DNA of 62,737 bases, filler included. It is 9 parts of 9 records of this genome, joined end to end, with 100 filler letters (N's around TTAATTAATTAA, not from the genome) between each part and the next. Parts side by side here need not be neighbours in the genome. Positions count along the whole stretch, not along the records: positions 28,398 to 34,758 come from SRR20825010_390; positions 34,859 to 41,006 come from SRR20825010_398; 7 more parts are not named here. One strand, 5' to 3'. This document shows, one piece after another, positions 29,145 to 39,401 of this stretch; the stretch's first letter is position 1; each line of letters begins with the position of its first letter. A program made the position numbers and the translations under genes. Below the pieces are notes generated by a model. It worked only from the letters and a program-made list of their open reading frames with translations, was not told where the DNA came from and ran no database searches.

Positions 29145-30623
29145 ATGTGTAACAAGCAATCATCGGATGTAGGGTTTGGGGTCGAGATGATTAAGTCGCT
29201 TTTGTATTCATGCTGTTTTTCGATCGGATTCAGCGCTCTTGTCGCATTGCCGGCGAGCGCGTTGACGCTGAAGGAAGCGGTTGACGAGGCGCTGCGGTCC
29301 AATCCCGAGATCCTGTCTTCGGCGGAGAACCGCGAGGCGGTGGAGTTCGAGCTCCGGCAGGCTCGCGGTCTTTACCTGCCGACACTGGATCTCGAGGCCT
29401 CGGTCGGAAGCCGCAAGCTCGACAGCCCGGGCCGCCGCCGGCTCGGCACCCAGGACGATACGCTCGATTCCTCCGATGTCGGGCTGACCTTCAGGCAGAC
29501 CTTGTTTGACGGCGGCGCCACCCGCGCCGAGATCGAGCGCCAGGCGGCCCGCGTCGACGGCGCCTCGTTCCGCGTCGCCGAACGGTCGGAAGCCATCGCG
29601 CTGGCCGTGACCCAGGAATATTTCGAGATCCTGCTGCAGGCGGAGATCGTTGCGATCGCGCGCAAGAATGCCAACGTGCTCTCGGGCATTGTTTCCGACA
29701 TCTCGTCGGGCGTTTCGGGCGGCACGCTGACCTCGGCCGATCGCACCCAGGGCCGCGAGCGGCTCCTGTCGGCGCAGGCGCGGCTGAAGGAGGCCGAAGA
29801 GGACCTGGCGCAGGCGCAGATCCGGTTCCTGCGGCTGGTCGGCGTCAAGCTCGGCTCGATGAAGTATCCGCCGTCGGTGGCCAAGGCGCTGCCGCGCAGC
29901 GCCGCCGAGGCAATCGACATCGCACGGCGCCAGAGCCCGCGGATTGCCGCCGCCAGCGCTGATGTCGATGCCGCCGACGCCTACGCCCGCGGCGCCAAGG
30001 CTGCCTATCTGCCGGTGATTTCGTTCGAGGCCAAGGCCCGCGTCGGTCAGGATATCGACGGTGCGGAAGGCCGGACCTCGGATCTCGAAGCAAAGGTCGT
30101 GGCGCGCTGGAATCTCTATCGCGGCGGCCGTGACCAGGCCGCCGAACAGGAACGCATCCGCCGCGCCGGCCAGGCACGGATGGACAACGCGCTGGTGCAC
30201 CGCGAGGTGCAGGAATCGATCCAGTCGGCCTGGGACAAGCGCTCCAAGCGCGCCCAGCAGGCAGCCCTTCTACGCGAGCAGGCCTCGGCCTCGGGCTCGC
30301 TGGTGTCGTCCTATCGGGACCAGTTCCGGGTTGGCGAGCGTTCGCTGCTCGACGTGCTGAGCGCCCAGAACACCCGCTTCAACACCGAGGTTCTGGCCAA
30401 GACCGCACAGTATGCCGCAGTCTATGCCGACTACCAAGCACTGGCCGCCATGGGCTCGCTGGTTCGCGCCTTCAATCTGGAAAGCGCACCGCAGGCTGAG
30501 TCATATGCCCGGGAAGAGTTCAAGGTCGTCACGCACGACGAAGCGCCGGTCTACAATCGCTTGCCTTCCCGGCAGGTGAGCGGCGCCCCCTTCGATCTGC
30601 TCGCTCCAGTAAGGAAGAACTAA
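29145..30623 (+). CDS. Type I secretion outer membrane protein, TolC/LapE (AggA) family; likely start ATG 29187
   Basis: Signal peptide then LTLKEAVDEAL.SNP; QTLFDGG, WNLYRGG, QFRVGERSLLDVL.AQN. Confidence 0.92.
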   Translation: MCNKQSSDVGFGVEMIKSLLYSCCFSIGFSALVALPASALTLKEAVDEALRSNPEILSSAENREAVEFELRQARGLYLPTLDLEASVGSRKLDSPGRRRLGTQDDTLDSSDVGLTFRQTLFDGGATRAEIERQAARVDGASFRVAERSEAIALAVTQEYFEILLQAEIVAIARKNANVLSGIVSDISSGVSGGTLTSADRTQGRERLLSAQARLKEAEEDLAQAQIRFLRLVGVKLGSMKYPPSVAKALPRSAAEAIDIARRQSPRIAAASADVDAADAYARGAKAAYLPVISFEAKARVGQDIDGAEGRTSDLEAKVVARWNLYRGGRDQAAEQERIRRAGQARMDNALVHREVQESIQSAWDKRSKRAQQAALLREQASASGSLVSSYRDQFRVGERSLLDVLSAQNTRFNTEVLAKTAQYAAVYADYQALAAMGSLVRAFNLESAPQAESYAREEFKVVTHDEAPVYNRLPSRQVSGAPFDLLAPVRKN

Positions 30624-30666
30624 TTCCTGCTTCCTTGGTGGAGACGATACTGATCGGTGAGCGGCG

Positions 30667-32784
30667 ATGAACTTCAACGAGGCTTTCCGTGAAATAAGCG
30701 TTCATTTCGAGCGCAGCGGTTCCGCGACCGTGCTCTATTCCGGCATCCCGGACGATCAACTCGAAGAAGCCGACATCGAGACCGTGCGCGAGGTGTCGCA
30801 TCGCATCGGGCTTGATGTCTCGAAGATCCACCTGGCCGACCTCCTGGGCGGCAACGCGGATCTTCCGGCGCTGGTCAAGACGCGGGATGGCGGCTTCATT
30901 CCGGTGTTCGGCATCAATGACGACGGAACCTTCGTCTGCAAGGAGGCGGTCGGAGATATCGCCTCGGAGAGCGTCGATCTGCGCGGCAAGGCGGCAGAAC
31001 TCGACCCGACGGTGCTGGATTTCAAGAAAGTCTACCTCAACAACCGCGACGAGACCGGCGCGCTGCATGCGGGCAGGATCGAGAAGCAGCATTGGCTGTT
31101 TGCGGCTGTCCGTCCCTATTGGCGTTCGTTCGTGCGCGTCGGCTTTGCGGCGCTTTTCATCAACGTTCTGGCATTGGCCTCGCCGCTGTTCGTGATGAAT
31201 GTCTACGACCGGGTTCTTCCCAACGAGGCGATCTCGACGCTGTGGGTGCTTGCCGTCGGCATCAGCGTCGCCTTCCTGTTCGACTTCCTGCTCAAGTTCG
31301 CGCGTGCCTCGCTGATCGACTATACCGGGCGGAAGATCGACCTGAAGATCGCCTATATCCTGTTCCAGAAGGTCATGAACACCTCGCTGTCGGCGCGCTC
31401 GATGTCGACGGGCGAATATGTCTCCCGGGTGTCGCAATACGAATTCGTGCGGGAGTTCTTCACCTCCAACACGATCGCCACGATGATAGACACCTGCTTC
31501 GTCTTCATCTTCATCGCCGTGGTCTATTCGATCGGCGGCCCGCTCGCCTATGTGCCGGCCGTGGCGCTGGTCGCCGTGACAATCATCGGGCTCGTGGCGC
31601 AGACGCTGATCAGCCGCAGGGTTGCGGCGGCGGCCAATGAAGCCGCGCTGCGGCAGTCGATGCTGGTCGAGACCATCTACACGACGGAAACCGTCAAGGG
31701 GCTGAGGGCCGAAGGCCTGCTGCTCAAGCGCTGGCGCGACCTGACCATCAACAGTTCGGCCACCAACGAGCAGATCAAGAGCATCTCGGCCTTTGCCGTC
31801 AACGCCACGCAGTTCGTGCAGCAGCTGGTCACCGTCGGCATCATCCTGGTCGGCGCCTATCTGTTCCGCGAAGGCAATGTGACCACCGGCGCCATCATCG
31901 CCTCGGTGATCCTGTCGGGCCGGGCGGTCAGCCCGCTGGGGCAGCTGGCGATGACGCTGGCGCGGTTCCGGCAGGCGCTGCTGTCGCTCAGGATCCTCGA
32001 CAAGATCATGGAGCAGCCGGAGGACACGCCGGAGACCTCGGGCTTCGTCAACCGCGTCATCGCCCGCGGCGACATCGCATTCGAGAAGGTGCATTTCCGC
32101 TACCCGCAGGCCGACCAGGACGCGCTCGACGGGCTCACGTTCTCGATCCGGGCCGGCGAGAAGGTCGGCATCATCGGCCGCATCGGCTCGGGCAAGACCA
32201 CCATCGGGCGGCTGATGTCGCGGCTCTACCAGCCGCATGAGGGCAGGGTGCTGATCGACGGCATCGACATGCAGCAGTTCCATCCCTCCGAAGTCCGCTC
32301 GGCCGTGGCCGTGGCAGGCCAGACCAGCGACCTGTTCTCCGGATCGGTGAAGGACAATTTGCTGATGGGCAACCCGAACGCCTCGGACGAGGATCTGATC
32401 GAGGTTTCCCGCAAGGTCGGCATCGAATCCTTCGTCGCCCGGCATCCGCGCGGCTTCGACATGCAGGTCGGCGAGAACGGCGGCAATCTCTCGGCCGGCC
32501 AGAAGCAGTCCGTCGCCATTGCCCGGCTGCTGCTGGCTTCTCCGAAGGTCATCTTCCTGGACGAGCCCTCGGGCGCCATGGACCTGGCCAGCGAACGGCA
32601 CCTGATCGGCTGCCTGCGCCAGGCGATCGCACCGGAGGTGACGCTGGTGCTTTCGACGCACCGCTACAGCATGCTCGACCTGATCGACCGGCTGATCGTC
32701 ATCGAGAACGGCAGGCTGATCGCCGATGGCCCGAAGGACCAGGTGATCGCGGCGCTGCAACGCAAATCGAACGGAATCCAGTGA
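30667..32784 (+). CDS. Type I secretion ABC permease/ATPase, LapB/LssB-like
   Basis: FINVLALASPLFVMNVYDRVLPN; Walker A GRIGSGKTT; LSAGQKQ; IFLDEPS; degenerate N-terminal C39-like region. Confidence 0.94.
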   Translation: MNFNEAFREISVHFERSGSATVLYSGIPDDQLEEADIETVREVSHRIGLDVSKIHLADLLGGNADLPALVKTRDGGFIPVFGINDDGTFVCKEAVGDIASESVDLRGKAAELDPTVLDFKKVYLNNRDETGALHAGRIEKQHWLFAAVRPYWRSFVRVGFAALFINVLALASPLFVMNVYDRVLPNEAISTLWVLAVGISVAFLFDFLLKFARASLIDYTGRKIDLKIAYILFQKVMNTSLSARSMSTGEYVSRVSQYEFVREFFTSNTIATMIDTCFVFIFIAVVYSIGGPLAYVPAVALVAVTIIGLVAQTLISRRVAAAANEAALRQSMLVETIYTTETVKGLRAEGLLLKRWRDLTINSSATNEQIKSISAFAVNATQFVQQLVTVGIILVGAYLFREGNVTTGAIIASVILSGRAVSPLGQLAMTLARFRQALLSLRILDKIMEQPEDTPETSGFVNRVIARGDIAFEKVHFRYPQADQDALDGLTFSIRAGEKVGIIGRIGSGKTTIGRLMSRLYQPHEGRVLIDGIDMQQFHPSEVRSAVAVAGQTSDLFSGSVKDNLLMGNPNASDEDLIEVSRKVGIESFVARHPRGFDMQVGENGGNLSAGQKQSVAIARLLLASPKVIFLDEPSGAMDLASERHLIGCLRQAIAPEVTLVLSTHRYSMLDLIDRLIVIENGRLIADGPKDQVIAALQRKSNGIQ

Positions 32785-34076
32785 TGCGCGCGATGGAGCA
32801 GGACACACCGCCGGTCATGTCGCGCTACATCGTCTGGGTCTGCCTGTCGCTGGTTGTCAGCTTCGTGGCCTGGGCCGCGTGGGCGCGGGTCGACGAGATC
32901 TCGCGCGGCGACGGCAAGGTGATTCCGCTGTCGAAGACGCAAGTGGTGCAGTCAAGCGAACCCGGCGTGGTGCAGGAGATCGCCGTGACGATCGGCCAGC
33001 TGGTCAAGAAGGGCGACCTGCTGATCCGGCTCGACAGCTCCGGCAACCTGGCGTCGCTGGGCGAATCCCAGGCCCGCTACGATGCGCTGCAGGCGCGGAT
33101 CGCACGGCTGGAACTGGAAATCGACGATCTGCTCGATACCGATTTCGTCTGCCCCGAGCAGACCAGGCGGGTGTCGCAGGGCATCTGTGACAACGAGGCC
33201 AGCCTGCTTGAGGCGCGGCGCGAGAATTATGTCAACAAGCTGCAGGTGCTGGAAGCGAGAAAACAGCAGCGGCTGGACGAAATCGGCGAGGCCCGTTCCA
33301 ATATCGAGCAGACCGACCTGGTGTTGCAGGCGATGCGCAACGAGCGCGACAAGATCGCGCCGCTGGTGGAACGCAGGCTGCATCCGGAAATCGACCTGTT
33401 GCGGCTCGACCGCGAGATCGCCCAGCAGCAGGGCCAGCGGGAAAACGTCAACCAGAGCCTCAAGCGGCTCGAAAGCGCGCTGCGCGAGGCCGAGCTGCAG
33501 GTGCAGGAACTGGATTCGCAGTTCAAGCAGGAAGCCCGGCGCGAACTCGGCGACACGCTGGCCGATGTCAGCGTGCTCGAGGCGACGCTGACCGGGGCGC
33601 AGGACAGGGTTCGCCGAACCGACATCGTCTCGCCGGTCGACGGCATCGTCAACACGATGGAAGTCAACACCATCGGCGCCTTCCTGCAGCCCGGCTCGGT
33701 GGTTGCCGGGGTCGTGCCGGTGACCGACACGCTTCTGGTCGAGGCGCGGATTTCGCCCAAGGACGTGGCCTTCGTGCAGCCGGGACAGAAGGCGCTGGTC
33801 AAGCTGACGGCCTATGATTTCTCGATCTATGGCGGGCTCGAGGGCAAGGTCTCGAACGTATCGGCCGACAGCATCGTCAACCCGGAAACCGGCGAGACCT
33901 ATTACCAGGTGCTGGTCCAGACCGGAGACTTCCAGCTCGGCAAGGGCGACGTCAAGCACGCCATCCGGCCGGGGATGATTGCGTCGGTCGAAATCCTCAC
34001 CGGCGAAAAATCGGTGCTCGACTATCTCATCAAACCACTCAGCAAAGCGCGCTACGAGGCCCTGACAGAACGATAA
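32781..34076 (+). CDS. HlyD/LapC family type I secretion membrane fusion protein
   Basis: WAAWARVDEISRGDGKVIP, coiled-coil middle, SPVDGIV, KLTAYDFSIYGGLEG, IRPGM, SVLDYLIKP. Confidence 0.95.
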   Translation: MMRAMEQDTPPVMSRYIVWVCLSLVVSFVAWAAWARVDEISRGDGKVIPLSKTQVVQSSEPGVVQEIAVTIGQLVKKGDLLIRLDSSGNLASLGESQARYDALQARIARLELEIDDLLDTDFVCPEQTRRVSQGICDNEASLLEARRENYVNKLQVLEARKQQRLDEIGEARSNIEQTDLVLQAMRNERDKIAPLVERRLHPEIDLLRLDREIAQQQGQRENVNQSLKRLESALREAELQVQELDSQFKQEARRELGDTLADVSVLEATLTGAQDRVRRTDIVSPVDGIVNTMEVNTIGAFLQPGSVVAGVVPVTDTLLVEARISPKDVAFVQPGQKALVKLTAYDFSIYGGLEGKVSNVSADSIVNPETGETYYQVLVQTGDFQLGKGDVKHAIRPGMIASVEILTGEKSVLDYLIKPLSKARYEALTER

Positions 34077-34099
34077 CCGTCCTTTGAAGAAAGCATGCC

Positions 34100-34699
34100 A
34101 TGACGTCCGATCCAGACCCGTTCAAGCCACATTTCAGGGCGATCAACTCCGGCGGCAAGCGCCGGGGCTTCCGCCTGGAAGGGGTGTTCTGGAAGGCGCT
34201 GGAGACCGTGACCAGGTCTGACGGGATCTCGGTGGCGGACTATGTGTCCAGGCTCAATGACATCAAGACCGGTGAAAACGGCCTGAGTTCCTACCTTCGG
34301 GCCTCGATCATGCACCGGGTGCTGGAGCAGCACGAGCGCTTGCGCGACCGGTTCAGCAAGTTCAATTCCAGAACCGTCGTCGCGGCCTGTCCGGTTCCCG
34401 GCTTCATCATCTCGGTGGACAAGCGGATCCTGTACCAGAACAGCGGGTTCTTGATGTATCTGCAGACCCGGTTTACCGGGCTCGACACGATCGAGGCGCT
34501 GAGCAACATCAAGCTGACGCTGGAGACGCCGTTGATCGACCTGATCGAGGAGATGAAGCGGGACGGCAGCCGTCCGAAATATACCGGTTTCACGGTCGGC
34601 TATGGCGAGCGGCGGATACGCGGGCGGCTGAGCATGGCGCTGGCCCCGGACATGGACGACCCGCCGGCGGCGATTGCCTTCGTCTCCGGTCCGGCCTGA
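34100..34699 (+). CDS. Ribbon-helix-helix (RHH_4-like) protein with a C-terminal PAS-like region
   Basis: GKRRGFRLEGVFWKALE...NGLSSYLR is RHH-like; VVAACPVPGFIISVDKRILYQNSGF resembles the start of a PAS domain. Confidence 0.7.
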   Translation: MTSDPDPFKPHFRAINSGGKRRGFRLEGVFWKALETVTRSDGISVADYVSRLNDIKTGENGLSSYLRASIMHRVLEQHERLRDRFSKFNSRTVVAACPVPGFIISVDKRILYQNSGFLMYLQTRFTGLDTIEALSNIKLTLETPLIDLIEEMKRDGSRPKYTGFTVGYGERRIRGRLSMALAPDMDDPPAAIAFVSGPA

Positions 34700-34758
34700 G
34701 CGGCGGGCCTCAAGGGCTTGAGGCGAGGCTTGCGGTTCAGAAGCCTGCGCCCGGGGCG

Positions 34759-34858
34759 NNNNNNNNNNNNNNNNNNNNNNNNNNNNNNNNNNNNNNNNNN
34801 NNTTAATTAATTAANNNNNNNNNNNNNNNNNNNNNNNNNNNNNNNNNNNNNNNNNNNN
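34759..34858. other. Artificial contig spacer
   Basis: N44-TTAATTAATTAA-N44. Confidence 0.99.
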
Positions 34859-35841
34859 GGCGCATCCAGAAGAACCGCATCGGCACGCGGGGTGTCGGGG
34901 GCCAGATCGGTGGCATCGCCGGTAACAACCGCAGCACCGAGCTCAACACGTTCAAGATTTTCATAAACGCGTTTCAGGCGACCTTCGGACTTATCCACCG
35001 CAATCGCACTTGCGCCAAGGGATGCCAATTGCATGGTCTTGCCACCAGGGGCCGCACACAGATCATAGATGGTTTTGTCTTTATAGGCCGAAAACAGGGT
35101 GGCCGGAATGGCCGCAGCCGCATCCTGAACCCACCAGTGCCCGTCTTTATAGCCCGGCAGATCCCGGATACGACGACCACTTTCCAGGCGGACCGAACCG
35201 GTTGGCAGAACAAGACCATCCATCTTTTCAGCCCAGTCGGCAGACTGGGTGCGATCCTTGATCGACAGATCAAGCATGGCGTGGCCAAGGCTTGATTCGG
35301 CAATTTCCTGTGCAATCTCGGCGCCATAGGCCTTTTTCCACGAACCGCGCAGCCATGCCGGGATGTTCAACTGCCAGTCTTCAACCCCTTCGGGCCATTC
35401 AAACCCGTCACGCTGCAAGCTGCGCAGGACCGCATTCACCAGTTTCACATATTTATGCAGGCCAGCATCGCGGGTCAGATTGACCGTGCTGTCGACCGCA
35501 CCGTAATCGGATGTGTCCATAAAAAACAATTGTGCGACGCCCAGACGCATAATGTTGGTCAGGCGTGCCGCAACCCGGTCTTGTGGCGGTTGATAGCGCG
35601 GGGCCAGAACCGCATCAATTTCGCCCAGATGCCGCAAAGTGGTGCCCAGCAAATGACGCAAGAAATTGCGATCAAGCGATGGCAGGCCAAATCCGTGCTT
35701 TGACAGAAGCTCGTCCAGCGTGACTTCGCCGCCCCGCAATTCCTGCAACGTTTTTAGTGCAAGCATGCGTGGATCGGGTGCCTCGACCGCCTGATGGCGG
35801 GACGCATTGCGCTGTGGCGGACGGGAACGACGTTCTGTCAA
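34859..35841 (-). CDS. rsmB: RsmB/Sun family 16S rRNA m5C methyltransferase with NusB-like N-terminus (3' truncated)
   Basis: LRHLGEID, LVNAVLR, WWVQDAAA, DLCAAPGGKT, VLLDA. Confidence 0.85.
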
Positions 35842-36060
35842 AGGTATATCTCCAGTTTCGTGTTATGTGGTGTAGTTAAGCGCCGCGTGCCAAAGTGTAA
35901 AGTATCAAGCGTCGGTTTGTGCAGCATGGCTGCGTTGTTCTGTGTTGTGTTTAACATCTGATGGACAAACCGTTGGGGTGAAAAACCTTGCGATGAAAAC
36001 CCGGCACGGCTAATCCAGACAGACGATTTTGACCGGGCAGGGACAAGGACGACCCAAAAG

Positions 36061-37074
36061 ATGATTTTCGCCGGACTTGCGACCTTTTCCAGCATTTTTC
36101 TGATTGGCTCTATGTTGCTGACATGGTGGGTGCTGAACTATCTGCGGCGCAAGGCGATCCTTGATATGCCGAACCACCGTTCAAGTCATGCCGTGCCAAC
36201 GCCGCGTGGCGGTGGACTTGGTGTGACACCGCTTTTGATTGTTTTGGTCGCGGTGGTCTTTATCCATACCGGGGTAAGCACAATCAGCCATTGGTTGATG
36301 TTGGCAGCTGCCGCCGGGCTTGGCTTGTTAAGCTGGCTTGATGATCGTCATGATCTTTCGGCGGCCGTGCGGTTCGCCCTGCAATTCATTGCCGTGACCA
36401 TTGGGGTGTTTGCCCTTGATCAACCGGTTCTGGGCGGCTTGGTGCCGGTTTGGCTTGATCATGTTTTGGTGGTGTTTGCCTGGGTGTGGTTCATCAATCT
36501 GTTTAATTTCATGGACGGGATTGATGGCATTTCCGGGATTGAAGCCGGATCAATCGGGCTGGGTGTTTTCATTCTGGCGCTGCTTGTTCCGCTGCCGGAG
36601 TTCATCGGGTCTGGTTATATCGGGCTTGGCATAACTGCGATCATGATCGGGTTTCTGATCTGGAACTGGCATCCGGCAAAGTTGTTTCTCGGTGATGTCG
36701 GATCAATCCCGCTTGGCTTTATTCTGGGCTGGCTGTTGCTTGATATCGCATCAAAGGGGGCATGGGCGATCGCCCTGATCCTGCCGTCTTATTATCTGTT
36801 TGATGCGACCTTTACATTGATCAAACGTGCCCTTCGCCGGGAAAAAATCTGGCAGGCCCACCGCGAACATTTTTATCAACAAGCCACCCAGCGCGGCCTA
36901 TCGCACGCCAAGGTTTCGGCGATGATCGGGGTGAGCAATCTTATTCTGATCGGGGTGTGTTTTGCACAAAATGACACGCCAGATTGGTTGCGTGTGATTG
37001 CCGCTCTGTTTGTTGTTCTGGGCCTTGTCGGGATGATGGTTCGCATGCCGGTTAAGGGCGCGCCAAAGGCCTAA
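36061..37074 (+). CDS. Glycosyltransferase family 4 (MraY/WecA/WbpL-like polyprenyl-phosphate HexNAc-1-P transferase)
   Basis: D.PN.RSSH..PTPRGGG, WLDD, NLFNFMDGIDG, FLGDVGS, AHREHFYQ. Confidence 0.92.
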   Translation: MIFAGLATFSSIFLIGSMLLTWWVLNYLRRKAILDMPNHRSSHAVPTPRGGGLGVTPLLIVLVAVVFIHTGVSTISHWLMLAAAAGLGLLSWLDDRHDLSAAVRFALQFIAVTIGVFALDQPVLGGLVPVWLDHVLVVFAWVWFINLFNFMDGIDGISGIEAGSIGLGVFILALLVPLPEFIGSGYIGLGITAIMIGFLIWNWHPAKLFLGDVGSIPLGFILGWLLLDIASKGAWAIALILPSYYLFDATFTLIKRALRREKIWQAHREHFYQQATQRGLSHAKVSAMIGVSNLILIGVCFAQNDTPDWLRVIAALFVVLGLVGMMVRMPVKGAPKA

Positions 37075-37197
37075 GCCGTGCCTGGGGTGCGTGGATTGCT
37101 TGACTTGTTTTTAGGTGGGCGCGAAAAGAAAGCCTTATCCGTCTTTGCAGAAGCGGGTATATCCTTTTAAAACAGCAAACTGCCGGTAAGGGACCGC

Positions 37198-39183
37198 ATG
37201 TCGCGCATTTTACAGCGAAGCTATATCGCCTTTGCCCATGATATTTTCATGGCCGCAATTTCCTTCCCACTCGCACTTTATCTGCGGGTTGGCGATGGCG
37301 TGCGCTTTTATGCGATGGAAAACATTCTGTTTTCGTCGGGTATCTTTACCCTGATTGCGGCTGTTTCATTCTGGTATTTTGGCCTTTATCGCGGCATTTG
37401 GCGTTATGCGTCACTGAATGACTTAACCCGTATTGCCAAGGCCGTGTCGGTTGCGGTTGCCGTTCTGTTTGTTGTGCTGTTTTTGACAACCCGCCTTGAC
37501 TGGATGCCGCGTTCAGCGCCGATCATTCAATGGTTCCTGTTGATGGCAATGTTGGGCGGATCGCGCCTGACATACCGTATTGCCAAGGATAAATCGACCG
37601 CACGTGCGCTTGTGCGTCAGGGTACAACGCGTCTCAGTGTGTTGTTGATTGGCGCCGGGGATGAAGCAGAAGCCTTCATCCGCGAAACCGAACGTTCGGC
37701 AGATACACCGTTTAAAGTCGTTGGGATTGTGTCGCTGACCGACGGGCGGGTTGGCCGTAATATGCACGGCGTGGATGTTCTTGCCACGGTCGATAAGCTT
37801 GAAGACGTTATCAAGAAACTCGAAATGAGCCGACATGGCCTTCCGCGCCGACTGGTTCTGACCGGCGATGCCCTGCGCCACGAAGACAATGCCAAATGGG
37901 TCGAGATTGCTGATCGTTATTGCATGACGCTGGCCCGGTTGCCGAAACTGGGTGATCTGCGCGAAGGTCTTGCCGATCCGCTGCAAATTCGCCCGGTGGC
38001 GATTGAAGATTTGCTGGGGCGCCCACAGGCGCGGCTTGATCGCGACCGCGTGCGCGAAATGATTGGCGGCAAGCGCGTTTTGATCACAGGGGCGGGTGGC
38101 TCCATCGGGTCAGAACTGGTGCGCCAGATTGCATCTTATGGTCCGGCCAGTGTGACATTGGTCGATGCCGGGGAATATAATCTTTACGCCATCGATATGG
38201 AGATGGCAGAAAAATATCCTGATTTACCGCGCGAAAGCATTTTGGGTGATGTCCGTGATCGCACCCGTATCGCAAAGGTCTTTGAAGAAATATCGCCGGA
38301 GATTGTCTTCCACGCTGCTGCTTATAAGCATGTGCCACTGGTCGAACATAATCCCAATGAAGGCATCCTGACCAACACGCTCGGTACCCGAAATGTCGCC
38401 GAGGCCTGCCGTGCAGCCGGTGTGGGCACGATGGTTTTAATTTCGACGGATAAGGCGGTAAATCCGGCCAATGTCATGGGTGCATCGAAACGTCTGGCGG
38501 AATGTTATTGTCAGGCGCTTGAGACCTTGCCGGCCGATCAGCGCGGGTCAACGCGGTTTGTCACGGTTCGGTTTGGCAACGTGTTGGGATCGACCGGATC
38601 GGTCGTGCCGTTGTTTAAGCGCCAACTTGAAGCCGGTGGGCCGCTGACTGTCACCCATGAAGGCATCACCCGTTATTTCATGACCATTGCCGAGGCGGTG
38701 GAACTTGTTTTGCAATCGGCTGAACTTGGTCGTCATGGTGTGACCGATGGCGGGAAGATCTTTGTTCTTGATATGGGCCGGCCGGTCAAAATTATTGATC
38801 TGGCCCGTCAAATGATCCTGCTTTCCGGATTGCAGCCGGGCAAGGATGTCGAGATTAAAGTCACCGGATTGCGTCCGGGAGAGAAGCTGTATGAAGAGCT
38901 GTTCCATGATTCTGAACCGCCTGCGCCAACCGATACCGATGGCGTGATGTTGGCGGCCCCGCGGGTTGTTGATTACGCAATGATCCAACAGGTGTTTGAC
39001 GCCCTTGAAGACAGTGCTACTAACCGCAATACCCACAGAACGCTGGAATTGATCAGCCAGTTGGTGCCGGAATTCCAACCACCGGAAATCGGTGTGAAGT
39101 CGATTTTTGCCAAAAACAGAGAAGCCGCAACCAATGATGCGACGCTAGCTGCATTGGATGCGGCAGCTGATCGTTCGGCTTAA
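37198..39183 (+). CDS. Nucleoside-diphosphate sugar 4,6-dehydratase (CapD/WbpM/PglF family)
   Basis: N-terminal TM helices, IEDLLGR, TGAGGSIGSEL, FHAAAYKHVP, STDKAVNP.NVMGASKR, VRFGNVLGS.GSVVPLF, GLRPGEKLYEEL. Confidence 0.95.
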   Translation: MSRILQRSYIAFAHDIFMAAISFPLALYLRVGDGVRFYAMENILFSSGIFTLIAAVSFWYFGLYRGIWRYASLNDLTRIAKAVSVAVAVLFVVLFLTTRLDWMPRSAPIIQWFLLMAMLGGSRLTYRIAKDKSTARALVRQGTTRLSVLLIGAGDEAEAFIRETERSADTPFKVVGIVSLTDGRVGRNMHGVDVLATVDKLEDVIKKLEMSRHGLPRRLVLTGDALRHEDNAKWVEIADRYCMTLARLPKLGDLREGLADPLQIRPVAIEDLLGRPQARLDRDRVREMIGGKRVLITGAGGSIGSELVRQIASYGPASVTLVDAGEYNLYAIDMEMAEKYPDLPRESILGDVRDRTRIAKVFEEISPEIVFHAAAYKHVPLVEHNPNEGILTNTLGTRNVAEACRAAGVGTMVLISTDKAVNPANVMGASKRLAECYCQALETLPADQRGSTRFVTVRFGNVLGSTGSVVPLFKRQLEAGGPLTVTHEGITRYFMTIAEAVELVLQSAELGRHGVTDGGKIFVLDMGRPVKIIDLARQMILLSGLQPGKDVEIKVTGLRPGEKLYEELFHDSEPPAPTDTDGVMLAAPRVVDYAMIQQVFDALEDSATNRNTHRTLELISQLVPEFQPPEIGVKSIFAKNREAATNDATLAALDAAADRSA

Positions 39184-39251
39184 ACCGCGCGATCAACATC
39201 GACCCAACACCATCCCACACCATCGAAAATATTACCCAGCATGACGACGAT

Positions 39252-39274
39252 GTTCATTCTTTGATGGAATGAAC
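39252..39274. promoter_or_regulatory. Palindromic operator (LysR-type T-N11-A) upstream of hglS
   Basis: GTTCATTC-TTTGATG-GAATGAAC, a perfect 8-bp inverted repeat about 130 nt before the start codon. Confidence 0.55.
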
Positions 39275-39401
39275 TTGTGCGGATTTGTCGTTTGTCATTG
39301 CCGTTTTCGCGCAATATCTTGCGATCAGAATGATAAATCGGAATGACCTTGTTTGCGCGGTCGTTCAAAAACCCAACCTGACCCCGTCTATTGGAGGCCC
39401 C

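Noticed and set aside
30529-32808. 759-aa antisense ORF over the T1SS ATPase, and similar long shadow ORFs (24629-25732, 42037-43359, 54956-56536)
   Set aside because: They mirror well-supported genes in high-GC DNA where stops are rare, and have no recognisable motifs
12034-34076. Giant adhesin (fragment 3) as the substrate of the T1SS (fragment 5)
   Set aside because: They are on different contigs separated by two spacers and differ in composition, and the adhesin C-terminus is missing; nothing shows they share a genome
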